In this document: positions 1-7,891 of the stretch, piece after piece
Position numbering within the stretch: position 1 is the first letter of the stretch
Layout of the letters: every line of letters begins with the position of its first letter
Origin: a virus
Lineage: Duplodnaviria > Caudoviricetes
Length of the DNA: 37,458 nt
Reading direction: 5' to 3' (one strand)
Virus record (IMG/VR): IMGVR_UViG_3300012933_000187
Location: 1 to 37,458 of that record
The notes under the pieces: model-generated
Databases searched by the model: none
What the model saw: the letters and a program-made list of their open reading frames with translations, nothing else
Told to the model about the DNA's origin: nothing
Translations under genes and position numbers: made by a program

Positions 1-51
1 GCCTACTTCGGTGGTCGCACTGTTGAGAAAGTAATGGAGAGCCGCAAATGA
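1..51 (+). CDS. C-terminal end of 3-TM holin (continuation of 37128..37458 across the circular junction)
   Basis: Frame 1 reads AYFGGRTVEKVMESRK*. YFGGRTxEK is the typical C-terminus of GTA-type 3TM holins. The stop overlaps the endolysin ATG (ATGA at 48-51). Confidence 0.8.
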   Translation, partial: AYFGGRTVEKVMESRK

Positions 52-518
52 CAAACCTAACCCCAAACTTCACACTCGAAGAATTGACCCACACTGATCA
101 CCGCGAGTTGGACAACACACCAACGACGGCTGAAAAGTGCATCATTGACGGCAAAGAAGTCATGGTCAATGCCTACGAGAACCTGCCACGCTTGGCCAAC
201 TTCCTCGAGCAGCTCAAGGTCATCTTGGGCGGCAAGCCAATCATGGTCAACAGCGCATTTCGCTCTGAGTCTGTGAACACCGCTGTCGGCTCAAAGAACA
301 CCAGCGATCACCGTCGCGGTTGTGCTGCTGACATTCGTGTGCCCGGCATGACCCCTGATGAAGTGACCAAGGCGATCATCAACTCAGACCTGCCTTATCA
401 GCAAGTCATCCGTGAGTTTGACCGCTGGACCCATGTGGCCATCACCACCAATGACAGTGACATCCCCAAGAAGTCCAAGCTGATCATCGACAAGTCAGGT
501 ACTCGCGCCTACGCTTGA
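48..518 (+). CDS. Endolysin, peptidase M15 (M15_3/M15A-like Zn peptidase)
   Basis: LTPNFTLEEL N-terminus, SAFRS..VN..VG, SDHRRGCAADI (SxHxxGxAxD) and WTHVA Zn-ligand motifs; directly after the holin. Confidence 0.9.
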   Translation: MTNLTPNFTLEELTHTDHRELDNTPTTAEKCIIDGKEVMVNAYENLPRLANFLEQLKVILGGKPIMVNSAFRSESVNTAVGSKNTSDHRRGCAADIRVPGMTPDEVTKAIINSDLPYQQVIREFDRWTHVAITTNDSDIPKKSKLIIDKSGTRAYA

Positions 519-950
519 CCAAGACGGCACACTGACCCACGTAGTTCGCTGAGGCTTGTACTCAGGCTGCGTGGGTTTTTCTTTGGCCGCTTCTCTGATC
601 TTCTGGTTGGCCAGCTTCTGTTTAGCACGCTGCTTCTTGGCTTCTGCCTGTCTAGCGATGGCCCGTTTCTGAGCATCTGCCTGCTTGTCGTCAATCACCA
701 CAGCACCTTCAAACTCAGCAGGCTTAACGGCATTGGCAGGCACAGCCACACAGCACCACAAAGCGTTGTAGGTACGCGCTCCACTTTTGGAAGGTATGAA
801 CTTGACGATGTAGCAGCCGTAGGTGCGCCGTAGGCACGCTAAAACCAGATCCATGGGTGAATCCACCAACTTCGATATTTCACGCACTGTGAGGCCCTGT
901 GGATTGGCAAGCAAGACTTCACGAGTGCGTTCCCCAAATGACGTTCTCAT
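495..950 (-). CDS. Hypothetical protein, possible N-terminal winged HTH
   Basis: 151 aa ORF starting immediately after the helicase stop. N-terminal REVLLANPQGLTVREISKLV looks HTH-like; basic C-terminus. Confidence 0.55.
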   Translation of the reverse strand: MRTSFGERTREVLLANPQGLTVREISKLVDSPMDLVLACLRRTYGCYIVKFIPSKSGARTYNALWCCVAVPANAVKPAEFEGAVVIDDKQADAQKRAIARQAEAKKQRAKQKLANQKIREAAKEKPTQPEYKPQRTTWVSVPSWSSVGAST

Positions 951-951
951 T

Positions 952-2370
952 TCAAACTCCCTTCTGTTGACGATATTGTTTCACTGCGTTGCGCAACCCT
1001 GCCTGAGTTGTGGCCTTCTCGTCGAGTGCCAGTGCCTGCGCTTGGTCCAATGTGTCGCGCATCAAGATGCGATGGCAGATCACAGGCACACCCTGACCTT
1101 GGCGGCGCACGCGGGCGTTGAACTGCTCGTACAGATCCAGTGACCAGTTGAGGCCATACCACACCAAGATATGGCCGTTCTTTTGCAGGCCGTCGATACC
1201 GTGACCCATTGATGCTGGGTGGCCAATCATCAAGGCACAGTCACCAATGGCCCAGCGATGCATGGCGTTCATCAAAGACGCCTCGGTCTTGCACTCGGTC
1301 AGGTTGATCGGGCGCAGGTCCTTGAACTTGGTCATGATGCGTTCAGCGTCAGATCGGTAGGCGTAGGAGCACAGCACCGGCGAACCCTGAGCCTCGTCCA
1401 GTATCTCCTCGAGGGCATCGAGCTTGAGGTCATGCACCGGCTCCCACAGGGGCATCCCAGCCACGGGGTACATGGCCCCATTGCTGAACTGCAAACACTT
1501 GCCGGTGAGCGAGGCTTGGTTAAACACCTCGACCGTGCTGCCGCTGTCCAAGGTCAAGAAGAACTCCTTCTCCATGCGCTCATACTTGGCACGCAGATCA
1601 TCGGGCATTTCGATCTCGATGTTGTTGACCATCAGGTCTGGCAGTGGGTTGTAGTCCTCCGCGCTCATCTCGAGTGTGATGTCACCGATCAAGTGTTTGA
1701 TCGTGCTCTCGGTGTCGTCATAGGGCACTTCTTTGTAGGGACCTGCTTTGCGGTAAAACCGGGTGCGGAAGGCCGTCTTCGATGTGCCGAGGCGCTGACC
1801 CTTGTCCACCACGAGAAACTGGCCGTGCAGGTCCTTGTAGCCGTTTGACGCAGGTGTGCCAGTGAGACCCGTGGTCCATGTGAAGTGGTCCAGTATCTTG
1901 CGGGTAGCCTTGACACGGTTGGTCGTGCTGTTCTTCATTTTGCTGATCTCGTCCCACACGATGCCATTGAACGGCAGCGGCTTGTCCTTCTTGACAAAGT
2001 AGGTTTGCAAGGTCTCAGCCATCCACTGTAGGTTTTCGTAGTTGATCATGTAGATGTCAGCATCACGAAGCAGGGCACGCGTGCGCTGATCCCTTGTACC
2101 TGTGACCATGCTGAATCGCAGGTGCTTGGTGTGCTCCCACTTCGCAGCCTCTTGACGCCACACAAGTCGGATGACTCGGATCGGGGCCACGATGATCACG
2201 CCGCGCAGGAAGCCGGTGCTGATCAGGTGTGATAGCGTGGTCAGTGTGATGACGGTCTTACCCAGACCCATGTCCAACCACAACATCGAGTTGGGGTGTG
2301 AGCACTGGAAGTTGACCGCTTTCTTTTGGTAGTCGTGCAGCAGGTTTGGGGTCAGCATGTTCGCATCCAC
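952..2370 (-). CDS. SNF2-family (SF2) helicase
   Basis: DMGLGKT Walker A, WDEIS (DExx), LTGTP, GHGIDGLQ and QFNARVRRQGQ motif VI. Confidence 0.93.
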   Translation of the reverse strand: MDANMLTPNLLHDYQKKAVNFQCSHPNSMLWLDMGLGKTVITLTTLSHLISTGFLRGVIIVAPIRVIRLVWRQEAAKWEHTKHLRFSMVTGTRDQRTRALLRDADIYMINYENLQWMAETLQTYFVKKDKPLPFNGIVWDEISKMKNSTTNRVKATRKILDHFTWTTGLTGTPASNGYKDLHGQFLVVDKGQRLGTSKTAFRTRFYRKAGPYKEVPYDDTESTIKHLIGDITLEMSAEDYNPLPDLMVNNIEIEMPDDLRAKYERMEKEFFLTLDSGSTVEVFNQASLTGKCLQFSNGAMYPVAGMPLWEPVHDLKLDALEEILDEAQGSPVLCSYAYRSDAERIMTKFKDLRPINLTECKTEASLMNAMHRWAIGDCALMIGHPASMGHGIDGLQKNGHILVWYGLNWSLDLYEQFNARVRRQGQGVPVICHRILMRDTLDQAQALALDEKATTQAGLRNAVKQYRQQKGV

Positions 2371-2648
2371 TCAACCAGCATCAGGTCAACCATGACTTTG
2401 CCTTCATCTACGTTGTCAATCACAAAAACACTTACTTTGTGTTCGCGGAGTATGTGGTGCTCTCGTTCTTGCGCACCAGTTGGTTTAGCACCCGCACGCT
2501 TAAATTCACAGAACCACACGCGGCCATCAGGCGCGATGAACAAACGATCTGGCACAGCAGCCCGTGCGGGGCTGGTGAACTTGTAAGCAAGCACACCCTT
2601 TGATCTGGCGTATTCACAGACTTTGGATTCAATTTGTTTTTCGAGCAT
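2352..2648 (-). CDS. VRR-NUC domain nuclease
   Basis: LEKQIE...VPDRLFI...FCEFKRAGAKPTGAQ, the PD-(D/E)xK VRR-NUC pattern; standard position upstream of the SNF2 helicase. Confidence 0.9.
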   Translation of the reverse strand: MLEKQIESKVCEYARSKGVLAYKFTSPARAAVPDRLFIAPDGRVWFCEFKRAGAKPTGAQEREHHILREHKVSVFVIDNVDEGKVMVDLMLVEWMRTC

Positions 2649-3001
2649 TACTTCACACCTTTATCGTCTAGCCACAACATGAACAACAGACAGCAGCCAG
2701 CGTGAGCCAAGTGATGCAGACCGCTCTCGGGGTCACGCTTCTCACCATCACGCCAAGCATGCACATGACGCATCAGTGCATCGTAGTAACGCTCTGGGCC
2801 ACGGTCCACATGCTGCCAGTTGTTCTCTTTGTACTTGGCTGCACCGAACTCAAGCACCTGAATAATTTGCTGCACTGTGTTGGTGGGCAGCAAGCTCCAC
2901 CGAGGTTTGGAACCATCGAACTTCATACCGAAACCAGACATACCTTCTCCATTCACTTGAGGTGCGGGAATTTTTATTTCTTTCAAGCCAGCCCCAAACA
3001 T
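2648..3001 (-). CDS. dATP/dGTP diphosphohydrolase domain protein (DUF5664-like)
   Basis: KFDGSKPRWSLLP...VLEFGAAKY..NNW...YYDALMRH..AW..GE..DPESGLHHLAHA signature. The true start may be a downstream Met. Confidence 0.85.
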   Translation of the reverse strand: MFGAGLKEIKIPAPQVNGEGMSGFGMKFDGSKPRWSLLPTNTVQQIIQVLEFGAAKYKENNWQHVDRGPERYYDALMRHVHAWRDGEKRDPESGLHHLAHAGCCLLFMLWLDDKGVK

Positions 3002-4833
3002 AGCTTCTCCACTTCTCGAACGTAATAGTCAAAGTCCACCGGCAGCTTGCCAGCATCCTGAATGTTGTTGCAGGGTTGCACACCCCAACCAGACTCAATG
3101 CCCATCTTGCGCCACTCGTGTTTGCCCTTGAGCGGTGGCATGTACTTGAACAGTCGACCACCACCCTGTGCGATGTAGTAGCGCGTGATGTTCTGCAACT
3201 GCTGAGGCTGTTGACCCTCGTACTCGATTGACAGGTAGCTGCTGCGTGGCACTTTGGTGCGCAGCATGAAGTCCATGATCTCAGGCCACTGCTCCACGGT
3301 CTCACGAATCGGTGCGCCGTCAACCAAGACCTTCTCGGCAACCTTGGCCACTACCAACGCGCCATGGTTTTGATGCCACTCCATGTCGTATTCGTAAGCA
3401 CCCTTGCGCTTGACCTTACCGTTCTCATAGACCGCGATATAGTTGTTCACGTCACGGATCATCATGGACTTGTAGATCGCCTCCTCAAGCTCCAGACCGG
3501 TCATCTTCTCCCATGCCTCACGAACAAGATCGATCTTGTGTTTGTTGTCACGGTGGGTGCGCACGGTCAAGCCGTCAGTGTTCACCTGAATCAACTGCAA
3601 GCCATCGATCTGCATCAGGTGCTCTGCGAGTTTGCACAGCAGCAGCTGACCATTCAGCGTGATGCTCATAGTGAACAGCGGGTCGTAGAACACGCTGAAC
3701 TGGTTATTGCTGTCACCGTACACACCGTTCAATGCCAGCTTGAGCATATCGTTCTCTGCGCTGCCTTTGGCGTATGTCTTGCGCTGTTCATACAAGTGCT
3801 TGTAGATGTCGCAGAAGGTCTCGCCTAGATGCTGTGGAAAAAAGCGATTAGTAATAGCAAGGTTTGGATAGTAGCTACTGACATCCAAATCAACAACAAT
3901 GAAGTCGGCGTCCGATTCAACAATTTCCGATTCAATAGAACCGTGGATGCCACCAAGACCAAACACAAACTCGAAACCATTAACACGAGCTGTGACATCT
4001 TCAAAGACTCCCTTTGTTTCAGTGATGATCTGACTCTTGAGCCAGTTGAGTACACGGGTGAACTCAGGTTGTGTGAACTCGATCCATGGCAGGATGGCAT
4101 CGTTGAGCGCGATTGATGCGCGTCTGGTCTGGCGTGGTGTGCGACCGTGCGGGCCGAAGTCGTACAAAGACACACCAGCCTCTTCGAGCTTCATTGCGAA
4201 GTAGTCCTTGCCAATCTTCGTGTCGTTGTGGTTCATGAAGTCGCGCTGATACTTGTGCGTCAGCTCTTCACGGAACTTGATCATGTCCAGCGTGTGAAAG
4301 TAGAACGCCTTGGTCTCATGCACGTCATGCTTGTTGTATTTCTTGAGCACGGGAATCTGCTCAAGCGTGAGGTCTGTGCCTACCTTGAATGGCAGGTCTT
4401 CAATGTTGTCGCTGCGCATGTTGAACTCAAGAACCTTGAGGCCGGTGGCGCGTGCTTTGTTGTCGAAGTGGTGAATCTTGTACAGGTCAATCTGCTCCAC
4501 AAAGCGGTCAGCAGGTTTGACGTTGTGCATCCACTTCGCATCACCATCTTGGCCGTTGATGATGGCCATGGCTTTGTCGTATAGGGTGCGTGCATCACTG
4601 AAGCCCATGCGAATGAGCGTGTGGACCACGGGGTAGTCAAAGCCTAGGGAGTTGAACCCGATCATGCGGGCGTTGGTGTTCTTGAGGTAGGTCAAGAATT
4701 CGATGATTTGTTTGCTGTCGTTGCGATGATCGCTGATCTCGAACATCCATTGCAGCGGTGCATCAGCGTGCTCCACGGCCAGCGTGAAGACGTTGGGATA
4801 TGTCTCAATGTCAAAGATGAAGTCATTACTCAT
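2983..4833 (-). CDS. DNA polymerase, family B-like, with N-terminal 3'-5' exonuclease
   Basis: ExoI DIETY, ExoII FNSLGFD, ExoIII YNKHDV; polymerase motifs DVSSYYP, KLALNGVYG and NTDG. Confidence 0.88.
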   Translation of the reverse strand: MSNDFIFDIETYPNVFTLAVEHADAPLQWMFEISDHRNDSKQIIEFLTYLKNTNARMIGFNSLGFDYPVVHTLIRMGFSDARTLYDKAMAIINGQDGDAKWMHNVKPADRFVEQIDLYKIHHFDNKARATGLKVLEFNMRSDNIEDLPFKVGTDLTLEQIPVLKKYNKHDVHETKAFYFHTLDMIKFREELTHKYQRDFMNHNDTKIGKDYFAMKLEEAGVSLYDFGPHGRTPRQTRRASIALNDAILPWIEFTQPEFTRVLNWLKSQIITETKGVFEDVTARVNGFEFVFGLGGIHGSIESEIVESDADFIVVDLDVSSYYPNLAITNRFFPQHLGETFCDIYKHLYEQRKTYAKGSAENDMLKLALNGVYGDSNNQFSVFYDPLFTMSITLNGQLLLCKLAEHLMQIDGLQLIQVNTDGLTVRTHRDNKHKIDLVREAWEKMTGLELEEAIYKSMMIRDVNNYIAVYENGKVKRKGAYEYDMEWHQNHGALVVAKVAEKVLVDGAPIRETVEQWPEIMDFMLRTKVPRSSYLSIEYEGQQPQQLQNITRYYIAQGGGRLFKYMPPLKGKHEWRKMGIESGWGVQPCNNIQDAGKLPVDFDYYVREVEKLCLGLA

Positions 4834-4851
4834 TACTGTTACCGGTTAGGT

Positions 4852-4905
4852 GGGGATCACGCGAGACTGTAGCTCCATAGTTAAAAATGGATTCGCGCGA
4901 CCCCC
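4852..4905 (-). ncRNA. Putative structured RNA element between the SSB and DNA polymerase genes
   Basis: 13-bp stem GGGGGUCGCGCGA/UCGCGUGAUCCCC whose two G-U pairs work only on the minus strand, enclosing a UCCAU/AUGGA hairpin. Confidence 0.5.
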
Positions 4906-4912
4906 GATTACA

Positions 4913-5575
4913 TTACTGACCTAAGAATGATGGCAGGCCGGGCATCGCTGGAGCAGCGGCAGCAGGAGCTGCACCGAAGCCAGCAGGCGCACCAGCAACA
5001 GCACCAAACAAGTTTGATGCGTCAATGTTGCCTTCACCAAACGCTGTGTCATCACCGGCAAACTGCAAGGCAATCAAGTCGCAGCGGATGCCACGACCAT
5101 GAGTGTTTTCTTGCAGCCATGGCTTCACAGCAGCATTGACACGACAGCCACCGTACATCTTGCGAGTCAGTTGCTGGTATGCCATTGTGTTGGCTGGGTC
5201 CACAGGTGTACCGTCAGCTTGAATGATCTGAGGCGGTGTGTCACGACCGGCACTGATGAAGAACATATTGGGATAGCCATCGTATGGCAAGAAGGTCTTT
5301 TTATTGATCTTCTCTTCACCCATACCGAAGCAGCGTGACTTGCGGTCTTGCTGGATCATGCCCATCACAGTTTGTGCGTGCTCTTTCCACTTCTCCAAGG
5401 CCATCGCGCTGTATCGTTGCATGAACTGGGACAGGCCAGCATGATCCTTTGGCATGATGAACTCGGCGTTGTAGCTGATACGCTCTTTGCCGGTTTGTTC
5501 GTTGATCTTTCGCTGTGGCTCAGTGATGTGAGGGAAAGACAAACGGACGTTCGAGAGAAAAATTACATCTGACAT
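4913..5575 (-). CDS. Single-stranded DNA-binding protein (DUF2815 / T7 gp2.5-like)
   Basis: NVRLSFP start, YGGCRVNA, GIRCDLIALQFAGDDTAFG; lies between the Cas4-like nuclease and the polymerase as in APSE-like phages. Confidence 0.85.
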   Translation of the reverse strand: MSDVIFLSNVRLSFPHITEPQRKINEQTGKERISYNAEFIMPKDHAGLSQFMQRYSAMALEKWKEHAQTVMGMIQQDRKSRCFGMGEEKINKKTFLPYDGYPNMFFISAGRDTPPQIIQADGTPVDPANTMAYQQLTRKMYGGCRVNAAVKPWLQENTHGRGIRCDLIALQFAGDDTAFGEGNIDASNLFGAVAGAPAGFGAAPAAAAPAMPGLPSFLGQ

Positions 5576-5591
5576 TTTTAATTACTCCAAT

Positions 5592-6893
5592 TTACGATAA
5601 CCATGCTGGCAGCGTTTCGGCTGCTGGCGCTTCAACTGCACTGAACATCGGTGCAGCGTTCATGACAACCGCAGGGCGGCTATCAGACTCGGGGACGACA
5701 GTCAACTTGCCTGCCATCTTCACAACGTACTCTTGATCCAGTGTTTTCAACTGGCGGTCCGAGAGTTGTTTCTTGATCTTCTCACCTGCTTTGGTGGCTT
5801 CCCATGTGAGCTTCTCGGCCTTGGCTGGTGACACCAGCTTGGTCTCGTAGACTGCACCTTTGGGCACACCCATTTTAATGAGCTTCTCTGCGATCTGATC
5901 CTCTGGCAATGACCATGCGCGTGAGCCACGACCATTGACGAGCTTGAGACCCGGAATAGTCACACCACCATTTAAGCGGCGCAGTGTCTCAGCTTCGACA
6001 GCCTCGAGGAATTGACGCATCAGGGGAGCACCCTCCATGATCTGACGAAGTTGCTGGTCGTCCATCTTGGCGGGGTCTTTGTCGGCAGCTTGCTGCGCGA
6101 TCTCAGTTGTTTGTGTTGTGACCGGTTGGAACATCACACCTACACCTTCCATTACGTTACTTGCCAACGCAGAGCATGAACCCTTGGCGCGGCAGAATTT
6201 ACATTGACTTTCACCCGGTACAAGTGGTGCATCTGGTTTGTCAGTTGCAGCAGCTTGGAGGATGATCGTACCCATGTTGTCTAACAGCGACCTTACGGTA
6301 ACCGTGTGCGATGTGATGGGCTTCATACCCTTCAACGCCAACTTGGGTTGGATGATCGTCATGCGAACAAACTCGAATGGATAAGCACCGTTAACGGGCA
6401 GCTTGTAGCCTGCCAGCACACCGTAAGCGTACTGCTCAAGCTGCATGTTGCCTTCTGCGCTAACGATGCCCATGCCATCTTTGTAGTCGATCAACTCAAG
6501 CGTGTCGCCTGCGATGATTTGAATGTCGACTGTGCCTGACAAGTCATCACGACCCAACAGGAACGCAGGGTCAACACGGGTCTCACTGATGACCTTAAAC
6601 ATACCACCCATGGATCGCTCCATGATGTAGTCGTAGGCCACCTTCACACGTTCAACGCGACTTGCATCGACAGTGAACTCACCCTCGTGATCTGTCAAAG
6701 TTAAGCCAATGAACGCTGCTGGTTCAACTGGCTCACCCTTGAAACATTGCTCGAGCAGTGTGTGGCTGTGAGTCCCGTCAATGGCGGCAGGGCCACCACC
6801 TTGCTCGGGGTACTTGGCTTCCTCTCGAATCGAGCCGGGGCACAAGGCCCAGCGGCTACGCTTTGAGGGGGACAGTTGTGCGTGGGTGGTCAT
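5592..6893 (-). CDS. Cas4-like PD-(D/E)xK exonuclease (DUF2800)
   Basis: HAQLSPS..RW..CPGS, GT..H, GTVD, IDYKDG, QLEQYA and CKFCRAKGSC cysteine cluster. Confidence 0.88.
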   Translation of the reverse strand: MTTHAQLSPSKRSRWALCPGSIREEAKYPEQGGGPAAIDGTHSHTLLEQCFKGEPVEPAAFIGLTLTDHEGEFTVDASRVERVKVAYDYIMERSMGGMFKVISETRVDPAFLLGRDDLSGTVDIQIIAGDTLELIDYKDGMGIVSAEGNMQLEQYAYGVLAGYKLPVNGAYPFEFVRMTIIQPKLALKGMKPITSHTVTVRSLLDNMGTIILQAAATDKPDAPLVPGESQCKFCRAKGSCSALASNVMEGVGVMFQPVTTQTTEIAQQAADKDPAKMDDQQLRQIMEGAPLMRQFLEAVEAETLRRLNGGVTIPGLKLVNGRGSRAWSLPEDQIAEKLIKMGVPKGAVYETKLVSPAKAEKLTWEATKAGEKIKKQLSDRQLKTLDQEYVVKMAGKLTVVPESDSRPAVVMNAAPMFSAVEAPAAETLPAWLS

Positions 6894-7312
6894 GCCTTGA
6901 GAGCTTCCACACCAGCGAACAATGCAGCATAGTGCTCAGGCTTCACATCGTTGATGTTCTGGTAGCCGAGGTTGCCCAACACGCCTTGGATCATTGCACC
7001 CTTGGTTGCGCCGATCTCTTTGTAGACACCCATGACGTACTGGATCAAGCCAGCGCCATCAGTGAACGGTGCGCCACCGGCAACGGGTGCAGCAACAGGT
7101 GCGGCCACTGGTGCAGCGAATGTGGGCATCGCAGGCATCACGGGTGCGGCAGCCACTGGTGCTGGAGCAGCAACGGTAGCAGTCACTTGTGGAGCCACAG
7201 GTGCGGGAGCTTGCGCAACAGGGGCAGCAGGTGCTACATTGATGCCTTCAATTTTTGCAGTCAATGCAACGACAGCGGCAGCGAGGTTTTTGATTTCGAG
7301 TTCAAGAGACAT
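6890..7312 (-). CDS. Hypothetical protein with Ala/Pro-rich linker
   Basis: MSLELEIKNL coiled-coil start, AP-rich linker, C-terminal LGYQNINDVKPEHY helical domain typical of genes upstream of DUF2800. Confidence 0.75.
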   Translation of the reverse strand: MSLELEIKNLAAAVVALTAKIEGINVAPAAPVAQAPAPVAPQVTATVAAPAPVAAAPVMPAMPTFAAPVAAPVAAPVAGGAPFTDGAGLIQYVMGVYKEIGATKGAMIQGVLGNLGYQNINDVKPEHYAALFAGVEALKA

Positions 7313-7499
7313 GGTAGAGACTTTCTTTACTGTTTACGGGAGGTTGAATTACAAGGCGGTCTTCATTGAACGCCTCGACGATTTCACGAAGCACGTTTGA
7401 CGGTGTGCCGAACTTCTGTGCTTTGGTGTGAAATTTGGTGCGCGTCTTGTCTGTCACTCGGACAACAAGAAACGATGATTTGATTTTTGTAGGCTTCAT
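7302..7499 (-). CDS. Ribbon-helix-helix (Arc/CopG-like) DNA-binding regulator
   Basis: SFLVVRVTDKTRTKF...PSNVLREIVEAF beta-helix-helix pattern; first gene of the leftward operon. ATG at 7499 preferred over TTG at 7526. Confidence 0.65.
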   Translation of the reverse strand: MKPTKIKSSFLVVRVTDKTRTKFHTKAQKFGTPSNVLREIVEAFNEDRLVIQPPVNSKESLYHVS

Positions 7500-7518
7500 A
7501 AAATAAATTCTTGATTCG

Positions 7519-7557
7519 TTGAACAAAGTATAACATCATCTGATACACTTGCGTCAA
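7519..7557. promoter_or_regulatory. Overlapping divergent sigma70-like promoters
   Basis: Plus strand: TTGAAC(7519)..TGaTACACT(-10 at 7544-7549). Minus strand: TTGACG(7557-7552)..TGtTATACT(-10 at 7532-7527). AT-rich gap between divergent genes. Confidence 0.55.
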
Positions 7558-7587
7558 CAAATTTAAAAATTTATTTTGGAGATTGAT

Positions 7588-7800
7588 ATGACAGTTGTTG
7601 GAACAGTCGAAGAAGCTGGCGAACTCAAGAAATTTGAGTTACCTCAAGAAGTCCTATGGATTGCTGTTTACAAATATCAGGAAACTGGCGGTATTTGGTC
7701 AACGATGGCGTTTCATGAAAGAGCTAAGTTAATGGAGTGGCTCAGGTATCCGTCAGTTGGACCATTGCATGGTGTTCGCATCTACTCGATAAAACTGTAA
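7588..7800 (+). CDS. Hypothetical protein (AT-rich)
   Basis: GGAG RBS before ATG 7588; 70 aa; lower GC than its neighbours. Confidence 0.6.
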   Translation: MTVVGTVEEAGELKKFELPQEVLWIAVYKYQETGGIWSTMAFHERAKLMEWLRYPSVGPLHGVRIYSIKL

Positions 7801-7801
7801 C

Positions 7802-7837
7802 AAAAGAAAAAGCCCTGACTTTGTGAGGCAGGGCTTT
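7802..7837 (-). terminator. Rho-independent terminator (leftward)
   Basis: AAAGCCCTG(7809-7817)/CAGGGCTTT(7829-7837) stem followed on the minus strand by TTTTTCTTTT. Confidence 0.6.
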
Positions 7838-7849
7838 AAAGGAGAACTC

Positions 7850-7891
7850 ATGAACAAGTTGACAACTGCGGCTGTCGGAAGAATTATATGA
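7850..7891 (+). CDS. Putative 13-aa leader peptide MNKLTTAAVGRII coupled to the primase-helicase
   Basis: Strong AAAGGAGA SD upstream of ATG 7850. Its TGA overlaps the primase ATG (ATGA 7888-7891), and the primase has no clear SD of its own. Confidence 0.5.
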   Translation: MNKLTTAAVGRII

